Shown: positions 8,108-10,573 of the stretch, in pieces | How the letters are laid out: each line of letters starts with the position of its first letter | Numbering within the stretch: position 1 is the stretch's first letter | Assembly (NCBI GenBank): GCA_046861645.1 | Contig: JBHHUM010000075.1 | Span: 1-10,573 of the forward strand | Direction of reading: 5' to 3' | Origin: Fidelibacterota bacterium | GTDB taxonomy: Bacteria > Fidelibacterota > Marinisomatia > Marinisomatales > UBA2128 | Length of the DNA stretch: 10,573 bases | Program-made: the position numbers and the translations under genes | Notes under the pieces: model-generated | Seen by the model: the letters and a program-made list of their open reading frames with translations, nothing else | Told to the model about the DNA's origin: nothing | The model's database searches: none

Positions 8108-9298
8108 CTACTCTATGGTGATAGTGATTATAGTCGCTGACTCATCAGCGATCTCACTAAAAACGGAATGGACTTGATCTTCACCTACATTTGAACCATC
8201 CAAACTGTAAATTCCAGTAGGAGAAAATCCTTCAAGATTACCTGTATCGCCAAAGTACACTTTGAATTGCTGTTCCCCTAAAATATCCATCAAATGTTGC
8301 AGTACGGGGTGAAGCATTTCTTCTTCTGGTCCACGTGGAGAAGTGGCATCTACCATTACGAACGCAAAAATGGAACTGATGTAGCTCTCTGTTCCGACTG
8401 TAGTAGGCAAATCTTTTTTAATCTGCCAGACATAGATATGACCCGGAATTAATTCTGGTGCCATTACCGGATATTGATACATGGTCGAGACCCCTACGGG
8501 CTGCCACCCTGCGGTCTGGTCCAGAGGTAAGATTGTCACATCTTCAATTGCTTCCTGAGGTGAGCTATGGGTTGTGGGATCAAACTCTGCAAGGCGGATA
8601 TGTGCTTCACAATTCGGACATGGTTCAGTTTCCCATTGGAAAATAGGGTAAGGACTGTAAACCAGGTTCTGACTGGTATCAGCCAGGGCACCGCCAGGAC
8701 CAATCAATGTCAACGAAGTAGGAGTGGTAATAACAATCGATTCTTGAACCTGGTCAGATATTTCAAATCCACCTGTCTCAGTGTTGCTACTCTTCACAAT
8801 CACATTAAATGAATAGGTTCCGTTAGGCATTCTACCTGAAGAGAGGATGGCGCTTTTCATGCTCTCAAATTCAGCCATATCAAGCTGTTCAACCACATGA
8901 ATCTTTCCACCCAGATCCACAGGATTAGAAGCCATATCGAATATTTCACTGGTTTCCATATTTAGATCCCGATTGTCAATACGAATATCAGCAAGCATTC
9001 TGAAAGGGTCCGTCTCTATTTTAAGGACAGTAGTGGGTTCATCAATACCCAAAGCTGGAGATTGCATAGTCATCTCAAATTCGATACTGACCCATACGTT
9101 AGAGTAGTCGTTATTTTCATCAGCTAAACGATATCCAAAGAATAGGACATCACTAGAACCTGTAGTAAGATCAATACTGCTGATATAATACATCTCGTAA
9201 GGGACAAACCCGGGGTCGGGTATCAGTTTAACTGATTGAGATGGTAATTGCTGCCATAAAAAGAGTACTGCAGCAAGAGTCATTAGAGTCTTTTTCAT
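8108..9298 (-). CDS. Exported hypothetical protein, acidic and beta-rich, with an Ig/FnIII-like C-terminal segment
   Basis: 396 aa. AGGAGG RBS at 9311..9306; signal peptide MKKTLMTLAAVLFLWQQLPSQ; LTLIGP...PYPIFQWE...YQYP...LIPGHIYVWQI pattern typical of FnIII-like domains; CPNC motif. Confidence 0.85.
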   Translation of the reverse strand: MKKTLMTLAAVLFLWQQLPSQSVKLIPDPGFVPYEMYYISSIDLTTGSSDVLFFGYRLADENNDYSNVWVSIEFEMTMQSPALGIDEPTTVLKIETDPFRMLADIRIDNRDLNMETSEIFDMASNPVDLGGKIHVVEQLDMAEFESMKSAILSSGRMPNGTYSFNVIVKSSNTETGGFEISDQVQESIVITTPTSLTLIGPGGALADTSQNLVYSPYPIFQWETEPCPNCEAHIRLAEFDPTTHSSPQEAIEDVTILPLDQTAGWQPVGVSTMYQYPVMAPELIPGHIYVWQIKKDLPTTVGTESYISSIFAFVMVDATSPRGPEEEMLHPVLQHLMDILGEQQFKVYFGDTGNLEGFSPTGIYSLDGSNVGEDQVHSVFSEIADESATIITITIE

Positions 9299-9343
9299 AA
9301 CGAAGCCTCCTGACTTAAGTTAAACCTTCCAAGCGCAGGTTCT

Positions 9344-9359
9344 TGTGACGCATATCAAC
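9344..9359. promoter_or_regulatory. Second CRP/FNR-family-like box upstream of the cyclase operon
   Basis: TGTGA-cgcata-TCAAC. TTGTGACGcATaTCA (9343-9357) is 13/15 identical to TTGTGACGtATtTCA (1915-1929). Confidence 0.5.
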
Positions 9360-9391
9360 TTATCTCAGAAGGAAAAATTAAGAGCAGCCAG

Positions 9392-9420
9392 AATTTATGT
9401 CTCAGAAGAGGGTAAGTCAA
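9392..9420 (-). promoter_or_regulatory. Putative sigma70-type promoter of the four-gene operon
   Basis: Minus strand TTGACT (9420..9415), 17-nt spacer, TAAATT (9397..9392); about 95 nt upstream of ATG 9298 and downstream of the rRNA terminator. Confidence 0.65.
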
Positions 9421-9475
9421 TTAAAAGAACTTAGAAAATGTAAATGTAAAAGATAGAGTTACAGGTTAATAAGAT

Positions 9476-9507
9476 AAAAAACCCTTGAAAAAAAGTCTTC
9501 AAGGGTT
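9476..9507 (-). terminator. Intrinsic terminator of the rRNA operon
   Basis: 10-bp inverted repeat AACCCTTGAA (9480-9489) / TTCAAGGGTT (9498-9507), 8-nt loop, ending in a U6 run (9481..9476) on the minus strand, immediately after 5S. Confidence 0.85.
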
Positions 9508-9514
9508 AAAAAGT

Positions 9515-9632
9515 CCCCGGCGATGACCTACTCTCCCACCCTGTTACCGGGGCAGTACCATTGGCGCTGCAGGGCTTAACTACCGAGTTCGGAATGGGAT
9601 CGGGTGTGCCCCCTACGCTATGATCGCCGAGA
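9515..9632 (-). rRNA. rrf: 5S ribosomal RNA
   Basis: Minus strand CUCGGCGAUCAUAGCG...CACACCCGAUCCCAUUCCGAACUCGG...GUGGGAGAGUAGGUCAUCGCCGGGG; conserved CCGAAC loop; paired termini; about 118 nt. Ends approximate. Confidence 0.97.
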
Positions 9633-9697
9633 GAAATCTGCAATTGGTCAACGTGAATAGTGCTCATTCTCAAAATCTGAAGAGAATACAGAAAGTT

Positions 9698-10573
<876 letters not shown>

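Noticed and set aside
62..8812. Short plus-strand ORFs and short alternative-frame minus-strand ORFs in the track
   Set aside because: All lie within long, motif-bearing minus-strand genes and have no recognisable domains; they are shadow ORFs.
9363..9408. Direct repeat TCTCAGAAG (9363-9371, 9400-9408) around the promoter
   Set aside because: Only 9 nt, 37 nt apart, with no other support; cannot be separated from chance.
9633..9697. tRNA in the 23S-5S spacer or after 5S
   Set aside because: The spacer is only about 65 nt with no T-loop or cloverleaf, and the terminator follows 5S directly.

Overview
Bacterial DNA with every real gene on the minus strand. Gene style suggests an FCB-superphylum organism such as Ca. 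Marinimicrobia; this is inference only. Reading in transcription order (right to left): the 3' part of a 23S rRNA gene, 5S rRNA, an intrinsic terminator, and then a sigma70-type promoter. The promoter drives a tight four-gene operon: a 396-aa exported protein, a stand-alone exported FecR-domain protein, a 914-aa Ig-like plus outer-membrane beta-barrel protein, and an 870-aa CHASE2 class III adenylate cyclase carrying four acidic Ca2+-binding-like repeats. Next come a near-consensus CRP box in exact class II (-41.5) geometry, a cohesin-domain lipoprotein, a 9-nt-periodic palindromic intergenic element, and an exported FGE-sulfatase (SUMF1)-domain gene that runs off the left edge and is missing from the ORF track. 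A second, closely related CRP-like box lies upstream of the cyclase operon. Together these suggest a self-contained trans-envelope cAMP signalling circuit (OM barrel, FecR, CHASE2 cyclase, CRP) controlling adjacent surface-protein genes.
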